A DNA stretch of 55,872 bases, taken from contig JAHJXP010000008.1 in assembly GCA_018827585.1 (NCBI GenBank), positions 1 through 55,872 on the forward strand, in the 5' to 3' direction. Numbering within the stretch: position 1 is the stretch's first letter; the number at the start of each line of letters is the position of its first letter. Both the position numbers and the translations under genes were made by a program. This document shows positions 39,172-49,384 of this stretch, in pieces. The notes below the pieces were generated by a model. The model searched no databases, was not told the origin of the DNA, and saw only the letters and a list, made by a program, of their open reading frames with translations. The stretch comes from Pseudomonadota bacterium (lineage in GTDB: Bacteria > Desulfobacterota > Syntrophia > Syntrophales > UBA5619).

Positions 39172-40320
39172 TTACATCATCATGAAGCGGGCGACGATCA
39201 TCCGCATGATGTCCGAGGTCCCCCCTCCCAGTTGGCCGAGCTTCGCGTCCCTGAGGATCCTTTCGACGGGATACTCGTGGATGTAGCCGTAGCCGCCGAA
39301 GAGGTCCACCCCCTCCGATGCCGTTTCGAAGCCCCGGTCGCCGACGTACATCTTGTTCACGGCGGCGGTGAGCGGATTGAGCGCCACGCCGCTGTCCTTG
39401 GAGGCGGCAATCCGGTAGACGGCGAGCCTGGCGGCCTCGATGTAGACCTTCATATCGGCGATCCGGTTCTGGATGGACTGGAACTCCCGGATGGGCCGGT
39501 TGAAGGCCCACCGCTGGTTCGCATAGCGGGCGCAACTCTCCAGCATGAAGGTGTGGCCGCCGAGGAAAGGGGCGATTAGGGTGCTGCGGTCCCACTCCAC
39601 GCCTCCCAGGGCGATCAGCCAGCCGTTGCCCTCGCCTCCCAGGCAGTTCTCGGCGGGGACCTCGCAGTCCTCGAGGAACACCTCCGAGGTTGCCGAGGTG
39701 CGGCAGCCCATCTTGTGCATCGGTTTGCCGGTGGAGATCCCCGGGAAGCCCCGCTCCACGATGAAGGTCGTGATCCCCTTGTGCTTCTTCGCCTTGTCGA
39801 GGGTCGCGAAGATGATGAAGATCTCGGAGAGGGGGGCGTTGGTGATGAAGGTCTTCGAGCCGTTGAGGATGTATCTGTCCCCCCTGCGCACCGCCGTGGT
39901 GGTCAGAGCCGCGGCGTCGGAGCCGCAGCCCGGTTCGGTGAGCCCCATGCAGCCGATCCATTCCCCGGTCGCCAGCTTCGGCAGGTACTTCTCCTTCTGT
40001 TCCTCCGTCCCGTGCTGCAGGATATTGGCGGCGCAGAGGTAGGTGTGCGCGCCCCAGGCCAGGATATGGCCGCCGTCCACTCCGGCATGGCCTGCTGCCT
40101 CGCCGGCGAGGCAGCAGGTGACAAAGTCCGCCCCCGCCCCGCCGTACCTCTCCGGGACGGGAAGGCCCAGGAGTCCCATCTCGCCCAATTTCCGCCAGAT
40201 ATGGAAGCTGAATTCGCCCTTCAGATCGGCCTCTTCGCTGAAAGGGGCGATCTGATCCTTCGCGAACCGATAGACGGCATCCCGGAACATCCTCTGTTCG
40301 TCGGTGATCGAAAAATCCAT
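39172..40320 (-). CDS. Acyl-CoA dehydrogenase (isovaleryl/short-branched type suggested)
   Basis: 382 aa. ...GCMGLTEPGCGSD...FGGYGYIHEYPVERILRDAKLGQLGGGTSDIMR... G replaces the catalytic Glu of the YEGT motif, as I recall for IVD-type enzymes. Confidence 0.8.
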   Translation of the reverse strand: MDFSITDEQRMFRDAVYRFAKDQIAPFSEEADLKGEFSFHIWRKLGEMGLLGLPVPERYGGAGADFVTCCLAGEAAGHAGVDGGHILAWGAHTYLCAANILQHGTEEQKEKYLPKLATGEWIGCMGLTEPGCGSDAAALTTTAVRRGDRYILNGSKTFITNAPLSEIFIIFATLDKAKKHKGITTFIVERGFPGISTGKPMHKMGCRTSATSEVFLEDCEVPAENCLGGEGNGWLIALGGVEWDRSTLIAPFLGGHTFMLESCARYANQRWAFNRPIREFQSIQNRIADMKVYIEAARLAVYRIAASKDSGVALNPLTAAVNKMYVGDRGFETASEGVDLFGGYGYIHEYPVERILRDAKLGQLGGGTSDIMRMIVARFMMM

Positions 40321-40341
40321 AAAGGGCTCCTTTGTTGATTT

Positions 40342-41229
40342 TCAGACATGAACCAGGCCCAGCCGCTCTCTGCATTCCTCCGTCGTGGCCGCCAGCCGGC
40401 CCTGATCGCGGATCATCCGGGCGGCCTTTTCCACCAGATCGCCGTTGCTTTTGGCCATCTCCTCCGGCGAGACGTAGAAATTGTCCTCCAGGCCCACCCG
40501 GACATTGCCGCCCAGGGCGATGGCCGCCGCCGCCATCCGCCACTGGTCGTCGCTGATGCCGATCACCTGCCAGTCGCTCTGCGGCGGAAGCAGGCGGACC
40601 TGCTGGACCAGGTTTTCCACCGTCGGCGGAATGCCGCCGAGGACCCCCATGATGAGGCTGTACTGATAAGGCGGCGAGATGAGCCCCATGTCGATGAGAG
40701 GGAAGCTGTTGCCGACATGGCCCGAATCGAAGCATTCCATCTCCGGCTTGACCCCGCACTCCTTCATGGCCGAGACCAGGGCGATGATTTCGGCGAAGGG
40801 GTTGGGGAAGACGAAGTCGAAGACGAACCTCTTCTTCAGAGGGTTGTACTTGGCGTAGTTCATGGAGCCCATGTTCAGGGCGGCGATCGCCGGCCGGACG
40901 GCCTTCACGGGGGCTATTTTCGCGTCCACCGTGATGCCGATGGCGCCGGTGGAAAAGTTGATGATGATCGGGCACGCCGCCGTCACGGCGTCATAGATGT
41001 TCCGGTAATCGGCTACATCGTAAGACGGGGTTCCGTCCGGCTTTCGCGCATGGATATGGACGACGGCGGCCCCGGCCTCATAGGCCCTTTTCGCCTCGGC
41101 GGCATATTCTTCCGGGGTGTAGGGAATGGCCGGGCACTGGGCGCGGTTGGCCACCACCCCGGAGAGGGCGCAGGTGATCATGCAGGGACGTTCGAAATTG
41201 AAGTTGTCCTTGATCCATAATGAGCTCAC
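40342..41229 (-). CDS. BKACE family (3-keto-5-aminohexanoate cleavage enzyme-like, DUF849) protein
   Basis: 295 aa. ...MITCALSGVVANRAQCPAIPYTPEEYAAEAKRAYEAGAAVVHIHAR... is characteristic of BKACE TIM barrels. Confidence 0.75.
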   Translation of the reverse strand: MSSLWIKDNFNFERPCMITCALSGVVANRAQCPAIPYTPEEYAAEAKRAYEAGAAVVHIHARKPDGTPSYDVADYRNIYDAVTAACPIIINFSTGAIGITVDAKIAPVKAVRPAIAALNMGSMNYAKYNPLKKRFVFDFVFPNPFAEIIALVSAMKECGVKPEMECFDSGHVGNSFPLIDMGLISPPYQYSLIMGVLGGIPPTVENLVQQVRLLPPQSDWQVIGISDDQWRMAAAAIALGGNVRVGLEDNFYVSPEEMAKSNGDLVEKAARMIRDQGRLAATTEECRERLGLVHV

Positions 41230-41247
41230 GGCAGCCTCCTTTCTGGT

Positions 41248-42021
41248 TCATCTCCCCTTGAAGACCGGTTTCCTCTTTTCAAGGAAAGCGGCGATCCCCT
41301 CCGCGGCATCCTGCGTGGCGATAACCTGGATCAGCTGTTCGCTGAGATAATCCAGCGCCTCTTCGAACGGCAGATCGGCCATTTTGTAGAACGCCCTTTT
41401 CCCCATGGCAATCCCCAGCGGGCTCTTCTCCGCGAGGCCGCTGAGGCATTCCTCCACCGCCTCATCGAGTTTTTCCGGCGGGACCGCCCTGGTGATGAGG
41501 CCAATCCGCTCCGCCTCGGAGGCGGTGACGCGCCTTCCCGTCAGGACCATCTCCATGGCCTTTTTTCTTCCCACATGGCGATACAGCAAAGCCCCGACCA
41601 TCATGGGGAAGATCCCGACGTTCACCTCGGGGGCGCCGAAGGTGGCGTCGTCCCGGGCGATGACGATGTCGCAGGAGAGCATGAGCCCCATCCCGCCGGC
41701 CAGACAGGGGCCGTTCACCCTGGCCACGAGGGGCTTGCCCGCGCGGCCTATTCTCTTGAGGAGCTGGGCGTAATGGCGCGCCCCCGCCGCGATGTCTCCC
41801 CCCGCGGAAAGGGTTGAGGCTAGGTCGGCGCCGCTGCAGAAGGCCTTCTCGCCCGCGCCGGTGAAGCACAGGGCGTGAACCGCCGGATCCGCTTCGGCCT
41901 CGTCCAGGCGGTTCATGATCTCCGCGATCATCTCCCGGCTGATCGCGTTGCGCCGCGACTCGCGGTTGATCGTCAGCCAGGCCGTTTCTCCTTTGATCCG
42001 GTAGAGAAGTTCAGGCTCCAT
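41248..42021 (-). CDS. Enoyl-CoA hydratase/isomerase (crotonase) family protein
   Basis: 257 aa. ...FCSGADL...NGPCLAGGMGLMLSCDIVIA...FGAPEVNVGIFP... Confidence 0.88.
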   Translation of the reverse strand: MEPELLYRIKGETAWLTINRESRRNAISREMIAEIMNRLDEAEADPAVHALCFTGAGEKAFCSGADLASTLSAGGDIAAGARHYAQLLKRIGRAGKPLVARVNGPCLAGGMGLMLSCDIVIARDDATFGAPEVNVGIFPMMVGALLYRHVGRKKAMEMVLTGRRVTASEAERIGLITRAVPPEKLDEAVEECLSGLAEKSPLGIAMGKRAFYKMADLPFEEALDYLSEQLIQVIATQDAAEGIAAFLEKRKPVFKGR

Positions 42022-42538
42022 TTTGTTCCTCCCCGGCCGGCTCGATCTCCAGGAGGATCTCTCCGGGCATCACCTGGGCGCCTGTGGCCGTATTGATCTT
42101 CTTAATCGTGCCCCGATGCGGGGCGGTCAGGGTGGTCTCCATCTTCATGGCCGAAAGAACGATCAGGGCCTGCCCCCTGTTGACCATCTCGCCCTCGGCG
42201 ACCAGGATGCGCATCACCGCGGCCGGCATGGGCGGAGTCACCTGCCGGGATTGATCGTCAGGCCCGCCCCGTCGCCGGGGACGCCGGTCGGCGGCGCCGA
42301 GATCCTCGACAATGAAGAGTTCGCCGTCGATGAAAATCTGGGTCTCGCTTCCCTGCGTTGCCAGATACGCCGGGATCAGCTTCCCGTTGACGTCGAGGAG
42401 CCACTCATGGTCGTTTACGGGCGTCCACCGGAAGCGATACTCCTGCCTGTCCAGGCGGGCCAGGTGACCCTCGCCGGAAGGCAGGGGGGCGACGGTCAGC
42501 GATTTTGGTTCTTTGTTGACGAGCAGGGGGAATTCCAT
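42011..42538 (-). CDS. Biotin carboxyl carrier domain protein (separate C-terminal part of an MccA-like alpha subunit)
   Basis: ...GQALIVLSAMKMETTLTAP... is a biotinyl-lysine motif. It has its own strong SD (AAGGAGG), 5 nt before the ATG. Confidence 0.85.
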   Translation of the reverse strand: MEFPLLVNKEPKSLTVAPLPSGEGHLARLDRQEYRFRWTPVNDHEWLLDVNGKLIPAYLATQGSETQIFIDGELFIVEDLGAADRRPRRRGGPDDQSRQVTPPMPAAVMRILVAEGEMVNRGQALIVLSAMKMETTLTAPHRGTIKKINTATGAQVMPGEILLEIEPAGEEQNGA

Positions 42539-42548
42539 TTTATCCTCC

Positions 42549-44039
42549 TTACAGTGACCACGCGCCCAGGGTTTCCCAGGGCGACGGAAAACGGTCCCGC
42601 TCCCGACCCGCCTCGGTCAGGTTGCCTCCGCCGGGTGCAATCCGGAAGGCCGCATAGGCGAGGCAGGCCAGGTCGGCCCGTCCCGGGGGCGGCCTCCAAC
42701 CGGCGAAGCCCTCGTCGATCAGGAGGGTATGGGTTTCCCCCCTGCGGAAGAAATCGGATTTGATCACATCCAGAAGAAAAGGCACAGGGGTTCTGATCCC
42801 CAAAATGACGTACTCTCTCAGGGCGCGGACCATCCGTTCGACCGCCTTTGGTCTGTCTTCGGCATGGACGATCAATTTGCTCAGGATGGGGTCGTAGGCC
42901 GCAGGGACCGCAAAGCCTCCGTAGATGCCGGAGTCCACCCTGACCCCCGGACCGGCCGGTTCCTTGAGATAGAGGATCTTTCCCGGCGAGGGGATGAAGG
43001 CCCTTTCGGGATCTTCGGCGTAGATCCGGCATTCGATGGCATGGCCCCGGGCCTTGATTTCCTCTTGCCGGTACGAGAGGGGTTCCCCGGCGGCAATCCG
43101 GATCTGCTCCCGGACCAGGTCGATGCCGGTGATCATCTCGGTTACGGGATGCTCCACCTGGAGCCGGGTGTTGACCTCCAGAAAATAGAACCGTCCCCGG
43201 TCGTCCAGGAGAAATTCCACCGTACCCGCGTTGACGTAGCCGGCCGCGCGGGCGGCTTTGATCGCCGCCTGCCCCATGGCCTCGCGGAGCCCCGGGTTCA
43301 GGGCGGGCGAGGGGGACTCTTCGATGATCTTCTGGTGGCGCCGCTGGAGGGAGCACTCCCGCTCGAAGAGGTGCACCGTATTGCCGTGGGCGTCGGCCAG
43401 GACCTGGATCTCGACGTGGCGCGGCCTTTCCAGGAATTTTTCCAGATAGACGGCGCCGTCGCCGAAGGCGCTGTGGGCCTCGCTTGCCGCCTCGGCAAAG
43501 GCGTCTTTCATGCCCTCCGGGCCGGAGACGACCCGCATCCCTTTGCCTCCCCCCCCGGCGACGGCCTTCAGAAGCACCGGGTAGCCTATCTCCCGGGCGT
43601 GTTCGGAAAGCTCGGCCACGTTGCTCGCGGGTTCGGTCATGCCGGGAATGACCGGCACGGCCCCCTTGAGCATGATGGCCCGGGCGGCGGTCTTGTCCCC
43701 GAGGGATTTGATCACAGCGGAAGGCGGGCCGATGAACCGGATCCCCTCTGCTTCGCACCTCTCCGCAAAGGAGGCGTTTTCCGCCAGGAACCCGTAGCCG
43801 GGATGGATCGCCCCGGCGCCGCTCTCCCGCGCAGCCGCGATGATCTTTTCTATGTTCAGGTAGCTATCCTGCGGTTCCGCAGGGCCGATGCCGACGGCCT
43901 CGTCGGCGCATTGCACGTGCAAGGCGTTCCGGTCCGCCTCCGAATGGACGGCCACCGTGGGGATTCCCATCTCCCGGCAGGTCCTCATGATCCTGACGGC
44001 GATTTCGCCTCTGTTGGCGACCATTATCTTCTCGAACAT
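42549..44039 (-). CDS. Biotin carboxylase subunit of an acyl-CoA carboxylase
   Basis: 496 aa. MFEKIMVANRGEIAVRIMRTCREMGI...LLKAVAGGGGKGMRVV...EMITGIDLV... Confidence 0.9.
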   Translation of the reverse strand: MFEKIMVANRGEIAVRIMRTCREMGIPTVAVHSEADRNALHVQCADEAVGIGPAEPQDSYLNIEKIIAAARESGAGAIHPGYGFLAENASFAERCEAEGIRFIGPPSAVIKSLGDKTAARAIMLKGAVPVIPGMTEPASNVAELSEHAREIGYPVLLKAVAGGGGKGMRVVSGPEGMKDAFAEAASEAHSAFGDGAVYLEKFLERPRHVEIQVLADAHGNTVHLFERECSLQRRHQKIIEESPSPALNPGLREAMGQAAIKAARAAGYVNAGTVEFLLDDRGRFYFLEVNTRLQVEHPVTEMITGIDLVREQIRIAAGEPLSYRQEEIKARGHAIECRIYAEDPERAFIPSPGKILYLKEPAGPGVRVDSGIYGGFAVPAAYDPILSKLIVHAEDRPKAVERMVRALREYVILGIRTPVPFLLDVIKSDFFRRGETHTLLIDEGFAGWRPPPGRADLACLAYAAFRIAPGGGNLTEAGRERDRFPSPWETLGAWSL

Positions 44040-44049
44040 GACCGCCTCC

Positions 44050-45666
<1,617 letters not shown>

Positions 45667-45810
45667 GTGTCGCCTTTCCCGGGGAATTTTAAGGATCATT
45701 ACGGACAGGAAGGTGTCGATGGCGCCGAGAAAGACAGAGGCCAGGCAGCGGGGCCGGATGTCATCTCGGAGAAAGCCCTTCATCTGTCCTTCCAAGATGA
45801 TTTCCTGCTA
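45667..45810 (-). pseudogene. Possible TetR-family regulator remnant (C-terminal ~45 aa only), in frame with the carboxyltransferase
   Basis: Translation after an in-frame TAG gives QEIILEGQMKGFLRDDIRPRCLASVFLGAIDTFLSVMILK. This matches the usual TetR ligand-domain pattern (..eGq..G.fR.Didp...a..l.Ga.d..). No HTH part is present. Confidence 0.4.
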
Positions 45811-45949
45811 ACAGATACTGATTAACATGTCAATCTATGTCTGCCCTGCATGGATTGAATCCCTGGTTGTCTGCGATGGGGGAAACATCCGGCAGAATAC
45901 CTTGCCTGATGCAAGGGGAAGCGTGATTGCCTGCGAAACGGGGCATACA

Positions 45950-45985
45950 CAAAAAAACGCCCCGCGAGCTGTGCCCGCGGGGCGT
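45950..45985 (-). terminator. Terminator downstream of metK (hairpin usable in both directions)
   Basis: ACGCCCCGCG (45957-45966) pairs with CGCGGGGCGT (45976-45985). It is flanked by A7 on the plus strand (U7 on the metK transcript) and TTTCTTTGT on the other side. Confidence 0.8.
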
Positions 45986-46016
45986 TTCTTTGTGCAAAGG
46001 GGGAAAGCCGATCCGG

Positions 46017-47198
46017 TTACTTTCCCGCTTCCCTCTTCAAGGCCTTCACCATGTCCGTTTTTTCCCAAGGGTAGCCGTTGAGGAAGAGAGTCCGCGGGAT
46101 CAGGCGATAGATGTCGCCCTTGAGGAGGTCGAAGCGCCGGATCATCCCCGCCGGCGTCAGGTCAAAGAGCCTTCCGACGATCTCCTCCAACTTCTTGTCG
46201 GCGATCTTGCCCGTGCCGAAGGTGTTCACGTAGATCGAGAAGGGCTTCGCGATGCCGATCGCGTAGGCCAGCTGCACCGAGCACTTTTTCGCGAGGCCGG
46301 CGGCGACGATGTTTTTCGCGACGTGGCGCGAACCGAAGGCGGCGGAGCAGTCCACCTTTTCCGGAGACTTGTTGACGACGGCGCCGCCCCCAAGCTGGGC
46401 GCCGGGGTAGCCGCCGTAGAACTGAACGACCAGTTTCCTGCCGGTCACGCCGGAATCGGCGGCGCTGCACGAGTTGACCGCTCGCCACTCCCCGGTCGGA
46501 TTGAAGAGGAATTCCGTCTTCTTGTCCACCCAGTCCTTCAGGCAGTCGAAGGCGATCTTCCTGGCCTTCCTTTCAATCGCGCCGTGGCCTTTTCTCTTCA
46601 CGTAGCGGTAATCGATGGCGTTGGACATCAGGACCTTGGCCAGCCGGACCGGGGCGCCCGTTTCGTCGTCGTAGACCACCGAGACCTGTCCCTTTCCGTC
46701 CGGGGCGAAGACAGGATCGCCACAGTTCTCGAACGCCCGCATCAAGCGGTTGACGAGGACGTAGGGGAGCGGCAGGAGTTCCGGGGTTTCGTCGCAGGCG
46801 AAGCCGTACATGATCCCCTGGTCGCCGGCGCCGATTTCCTTGTGCTTTCCGTCATCCGCCCGCGTGCCCATGTTGATGTCGGGCGACTGGGGGATGATGG
46901 CGTTGAGCACCCCGAGGGAGTTGCCGTTGAGGCCCAATGCCGCGTCGTTGTAGCCGAGACCGAGGACCGTCTCCCGAACGCACTTGTCCAGGTCGATGTA
47001 GGTCCTCGTACTGACCTCGCCGCCGACGACGCATAGTCCCTTGCCGAGGAAGACCTCGACGCCGCAGTGGGGCATCGTGTTGATGTCCATGCCTATTTTG
47101 TGTTCCTTGTCCAGGATGGCGGCGATGATGTGGGCCGCGATCATGTCCGCCACGATGTCCGGATGTCCCGCCTTGACGCTTTCCGATGAAATCTGCAT
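46017..47198 (-). CDS. metK: S-adenosylmethionine synthetase
   Basis: MQISSESVKAGHPDIVADMIA...GAGDQGIMYGFACDETPELLPLP... The start is ATG 47196-47198 with a GGGAGA SD. The track ORF start at 47246 is rejected. Confidence 0.9.
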   Translation of the reverse strand: MQISSESVKAGHPDIVADMIAAHIIAAILDKEHKIGMDINTMPHCGVEVFLGKGLCVVGGEVSTRTYIDLDKCVRETVLGLGYNDAALGLNGNSLGVLNAIIPQSPDINMGTRADDGKHKEIGAGDQGIMYGFACDETPELLPLPYVLVNRLMRAFENCGDPVFAPDGKGQVSVVYDDETGAPVRLAKVLMSNAIDYRYVKRKGHGAIERKARKIAFDCLKDWVDKKTEFLFNPTGEWRAVNSCSAADSGVTGRKLVVQFYGGYPGAQLGGGAVVNKSPEKVDCSAAFGSRHVAKNIVAAGLAKKCSVQLAYAIGIAKPFSIYVNTFGTGKIADKKLEEIVGRLFDLTPAGMIRRFDLLKGDIYRLIPRTLFLNGYPWEKTDMVKALKREAGK

Positions 47199-47212
47199 AT
47201 GTGTTTTCTCCC

Positions 47213-47307
47213 AATAAAAAACCCGCGCCAAAGCGCGGGCTGACAATCATTTTCTCCGGCACTTTAGCACATTTATATAGCGGAGCAATTGACCTTAAAT
47301 TCCCGCT
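47213..47307 (-). promoter_or_regulatory. Candidate SAM-II-like riboswitch aptamer (47262-47307) plus intrinsic terminator (47213-47240) in the metK leader
   Basis: Leader RNA: AGCGGGAAUUUAAGGUCAAUUGCUCCGCUAUAUAAAUGUGCUAAAG. P1 would be AGCGG/CCGCU, the loop holds AUUUAA and AUUGC, and the 3' tail is AUAAAUGUGCUAAAG. This closely parallels the published SAM-II aptamer as I remember it. It is followed by GCCCGCGC-UUUG-GCGCGGGU-UUUUAUU directly before the SD. Confidence 0.5.
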
Positions 47308-47315
47308 TGAGCGCT

Positions 47316-47344
47316 TTCATATGCGATCAAACCGGGAAAGTCAA
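47316..47344 (-). promoter_or_regulatory. Candidate sigma70 promoter for metK
   Basis: On the minus strand: TTGACT (47339-47344), 17-nt spacer, TATGAA (47316-47321). A 12/13-bp inverted repeat GCAAATTGGTGAC...GTCACAATTTGC abuts the -35 at 47345-47380. Confidence 0.4.
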
Positions 47345-47530
47345 GCAAATTGTGACGACGTCGCAAAGTCACCAATTTGCAAAATTTTCACATATTTTCT
47401 TGATATGTTGATTTCCTCAGGTAGAATTCCGCCTGAACTCTGAGTGTTAATGCGTTTTCAATTTCATCGGATGGGATGCTGCCGGGGTCGATAATTGGAG
47501 TAGTCTCTTGTCTGAAATAGAGGAACGCCC

Positions 47531-47602
47531 ATGAAAAAAACCCTTTCTGCCTCCCGGGGATTCACTTTAATAGAAATGCTGATGGTGATCGCGATCATAT
47601 AA
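47531..47602 (+). pseudogene. Prepilin-type N-terminal fragment (23 codons, then stop)
   Basis: MKKTLSASRGFTLIEMLMVIAII* is the complete G/FTLIE cleavage-methylation motif and hydrophobic helix, with no globular domain. SD GAGGAA lies upstream. It sits in an AT-rich patch. Confidence 0.6.
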
Positions 47603-47693
47603 GAAAGATTAGTCTATTGCACCTTGGTACTAATTTTGATTTATTTATGTTAGACAGGCAAAAACAAGGATCGCCCAAAGGGGGTGGGTTTAC

Positions 47694-49295
47694 TTGGAAT
47701 ATGACCAGCGGGACCCGGGGGAATCTCGATTGAACGACAATCTTGCGTCGATCGCCGAAGGCATATTTGATTGCCTCGGAAACGCATTTCCGGTGTGCTG
47801 CTGGAGCGATGAATTCCATTATTTCCCCCAAATCATCCCGCCGCAGGGGGTCTGGACCGGGTGGGACAACTTTAAGCCGGGTAAAATCGCGGAGGTGAGT
47901 GCGCACCTCTCTTCCTCGGAGCGCGCCATCGGTCTGATCTCCCAAAAAACAGAGGACGAGGAGATTCTCGCCGATGCGGAAACCCTAAAGCGGATGGCGC
48001 GAACGCTCAGGGAACAGCTTGTTGAAGTCCGCTTCCACGAAACGCAGCCGACGTTTCATCTGACGGTCATGTGCACGGCCCTTGCCGCCTCCCTGGGGGA
48101 CTCCGACCGCCGGGCATGGAGCATCCGGGCAGAGACCCTTCCCACTTTTTTAGGACAGGCCCAGGAAGTACTCATCGACATGCCGCGACTCTTCCGGGAC
48201 CTGGGTCTGGAGATGATCCGGGACATCGCGGCGTGGCTGCACTCCCTCGCAATGGAACAGAATGAACTCGATCCCGTCTTTTCCGCCCTCGAGCGGTTCG
48301 GTGATTTTTTGAAGAATGCCCGGACGAGGGGCGATTTTCTGCTGCCCCCGGAGATCGTCGAGCGGATCATCCGGGAACACCTCGGGTGCGGGGTCGGCTC
48401 GGACGATCTCCGCCATGCGATCACGGAAGAAATCGCCGAGACGGGCGGGATCATGAAAGAGGCGGGCGAAACACTCTTCCCCGGCGCCGGCTGGAGGGAG
48501 GCGATCCGGAAGATCCCCGTCCCGGATGTCTCCGCCGGGGGCCTGCCGGCGATGTACCGGAAAGAGGCGGAGAATCTCCTCGGCCATTGCCTCGCCCGCG
48601 GCATCGTGCCGGAGGACCTTTCCGAGACAAGCCCCCTTCGGGTCTCGCCGCTTCCCTTGTACCTCAGGGCAATCCGGGTGGCCTCCGCCTACAGCTTCAC
48701 GCCCGCCAATCCGTCGCAGAAGGGGACGTTCTACATCGTCCCCCCGGAAGGACCATGGAACGACAACCGGGAGGAGCTCGCAGAGTACCGGATGCTGACC
48801 GCCCATGAAACCTACCCCGGCCACCACCTCCTCGACGCCTGGCGATGGCACCATGTCTCTGTGTTGCGACGCCCGGTGGAGAATCCGCTCTTTTACGAGG
48901 GGTGGGCCTGCTTCGCCGAGGAACTCATGCGGGAGACCGGCTACTTTTCCGGGCCGGCGGATATCCTTCTCCTTGCCAAGAGAAGATACCGGAGGGCTAT
49001 CCGCGGTTTGGTCGATCTCGACCTGCAAACGGGAAAACTCTCTCGTCGCGCCGCCGCCCAGCTTCTCGTCGAGGGGGGCTTCCCGGCGGATGCGGCTGCA
49101 TCCGTCGTCCCGAAATACGCACTGAGGCCGGGGTACCAGGTGTGCTACACCTTCGGGCTCAGGCGTTTTCTTGATCTGTACCGCAGGTACGGAACGGCTG
49201 ATGCGAAGGGATTTGTCGAAGGGGTCCTGTCCGGCGGGGAGATCGGATTCGACCTCCTGGGAAAAAGCCTGCGCAGGCGCTTCGGGCAATCTTGA
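47694..49295 (+). CDS. DUF885 family protein (putative metallopeptidase-like)
   Basis: 533 aa. ...EYRMLTAHETYPGHHLLDAW... matches the DUF885 HExxPGHH signature as I recall it. TTG start, and the N-terminus is uncertain. Confidence 0.65.
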   Translation: MEYDQRDPGESRLNDNLASIAEGIFDCLGNAFPVCCWSDEFHYFPQIIPPQGVWTGWDNFKPGKIAEVSAHLSSSERAIGLISQKTEDEEILADAETLKRMARTLREQLVEVRFHETQPTFHLTVMCTALAASLGDSDRRAWSIRAETLPTFLGQAQEVLIDMPRLFRDLGLEMIRDIAAWLHSLAMEQNELDPVFSALERFGDFLKNARTRGDFLLPPEIVERIIREHLGCGVGSDDLRHAITEEIAETGGIMKEAGETLFPGAGWREAIRKIPVPDVSAGGLPAMYRKEAENLLGHCLARGIVPEDLSETSPLRVSPLPLYLRAIRVASAYSFTPANPSQKGTFYIVPPEGPWNDNREELAEYRMLTAHETYPGHHLLDAWRWHHVSVLRRPVENPLFYEGWACFAEELMRETGYFSGPADILLLAKRRYRRAIRGLVDLDLQTGKLSRRAAAQLLVEGGFPADAAASVVPKYALRPGYQVCYTFGLRRFLDLYRRYGTADAKGFVEGVLSGGEIGFDLLGKSLRRRFGQS

Positions 49296-49342
49296 CGCAG
49301 GCGAGCGCACTAAAAATGATGCTCTCGTAAAAAGCGAAATTT

Positions 49343-49379
49343 CCCCTCCCCCGGCGGGAGGGGATTAAGGGGAGGGGGG
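49343..49379 (+). promoter_or_regulatory. Mutually exclusive hairpins involving the SD of the ATP-grasp-like gene
   Basis: CCCCTCCCCC (49343-49352) can pair either with GGGAGGGG (49356-49363) or with the SD-like GGGGAGGGGGG (49369-49379), which lies 6 nt before ATG 49385. Confidence 0.4.
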
Positions 49380-49384
49380 AATGA

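Noticed and set aside
42531-42560. The split of the MccA-like alpha subunit into biotin carboxylase and BCCP genes read as a disabling mutation.
   Set aside because: The stop is followed by a canonical AAGGAGG SD and an ATG at proper spacing. Both parts are otherwise intact, so it is a two-gene arrangement.
47595-47945. 116-aa minus-strand ORF at the DUF885 5' end.
   Set aside because: It overlaps the DUF885 gene on the opposite strand, has no recognisable motifs, and starts in the AT-rich patch. It is likely spurious.
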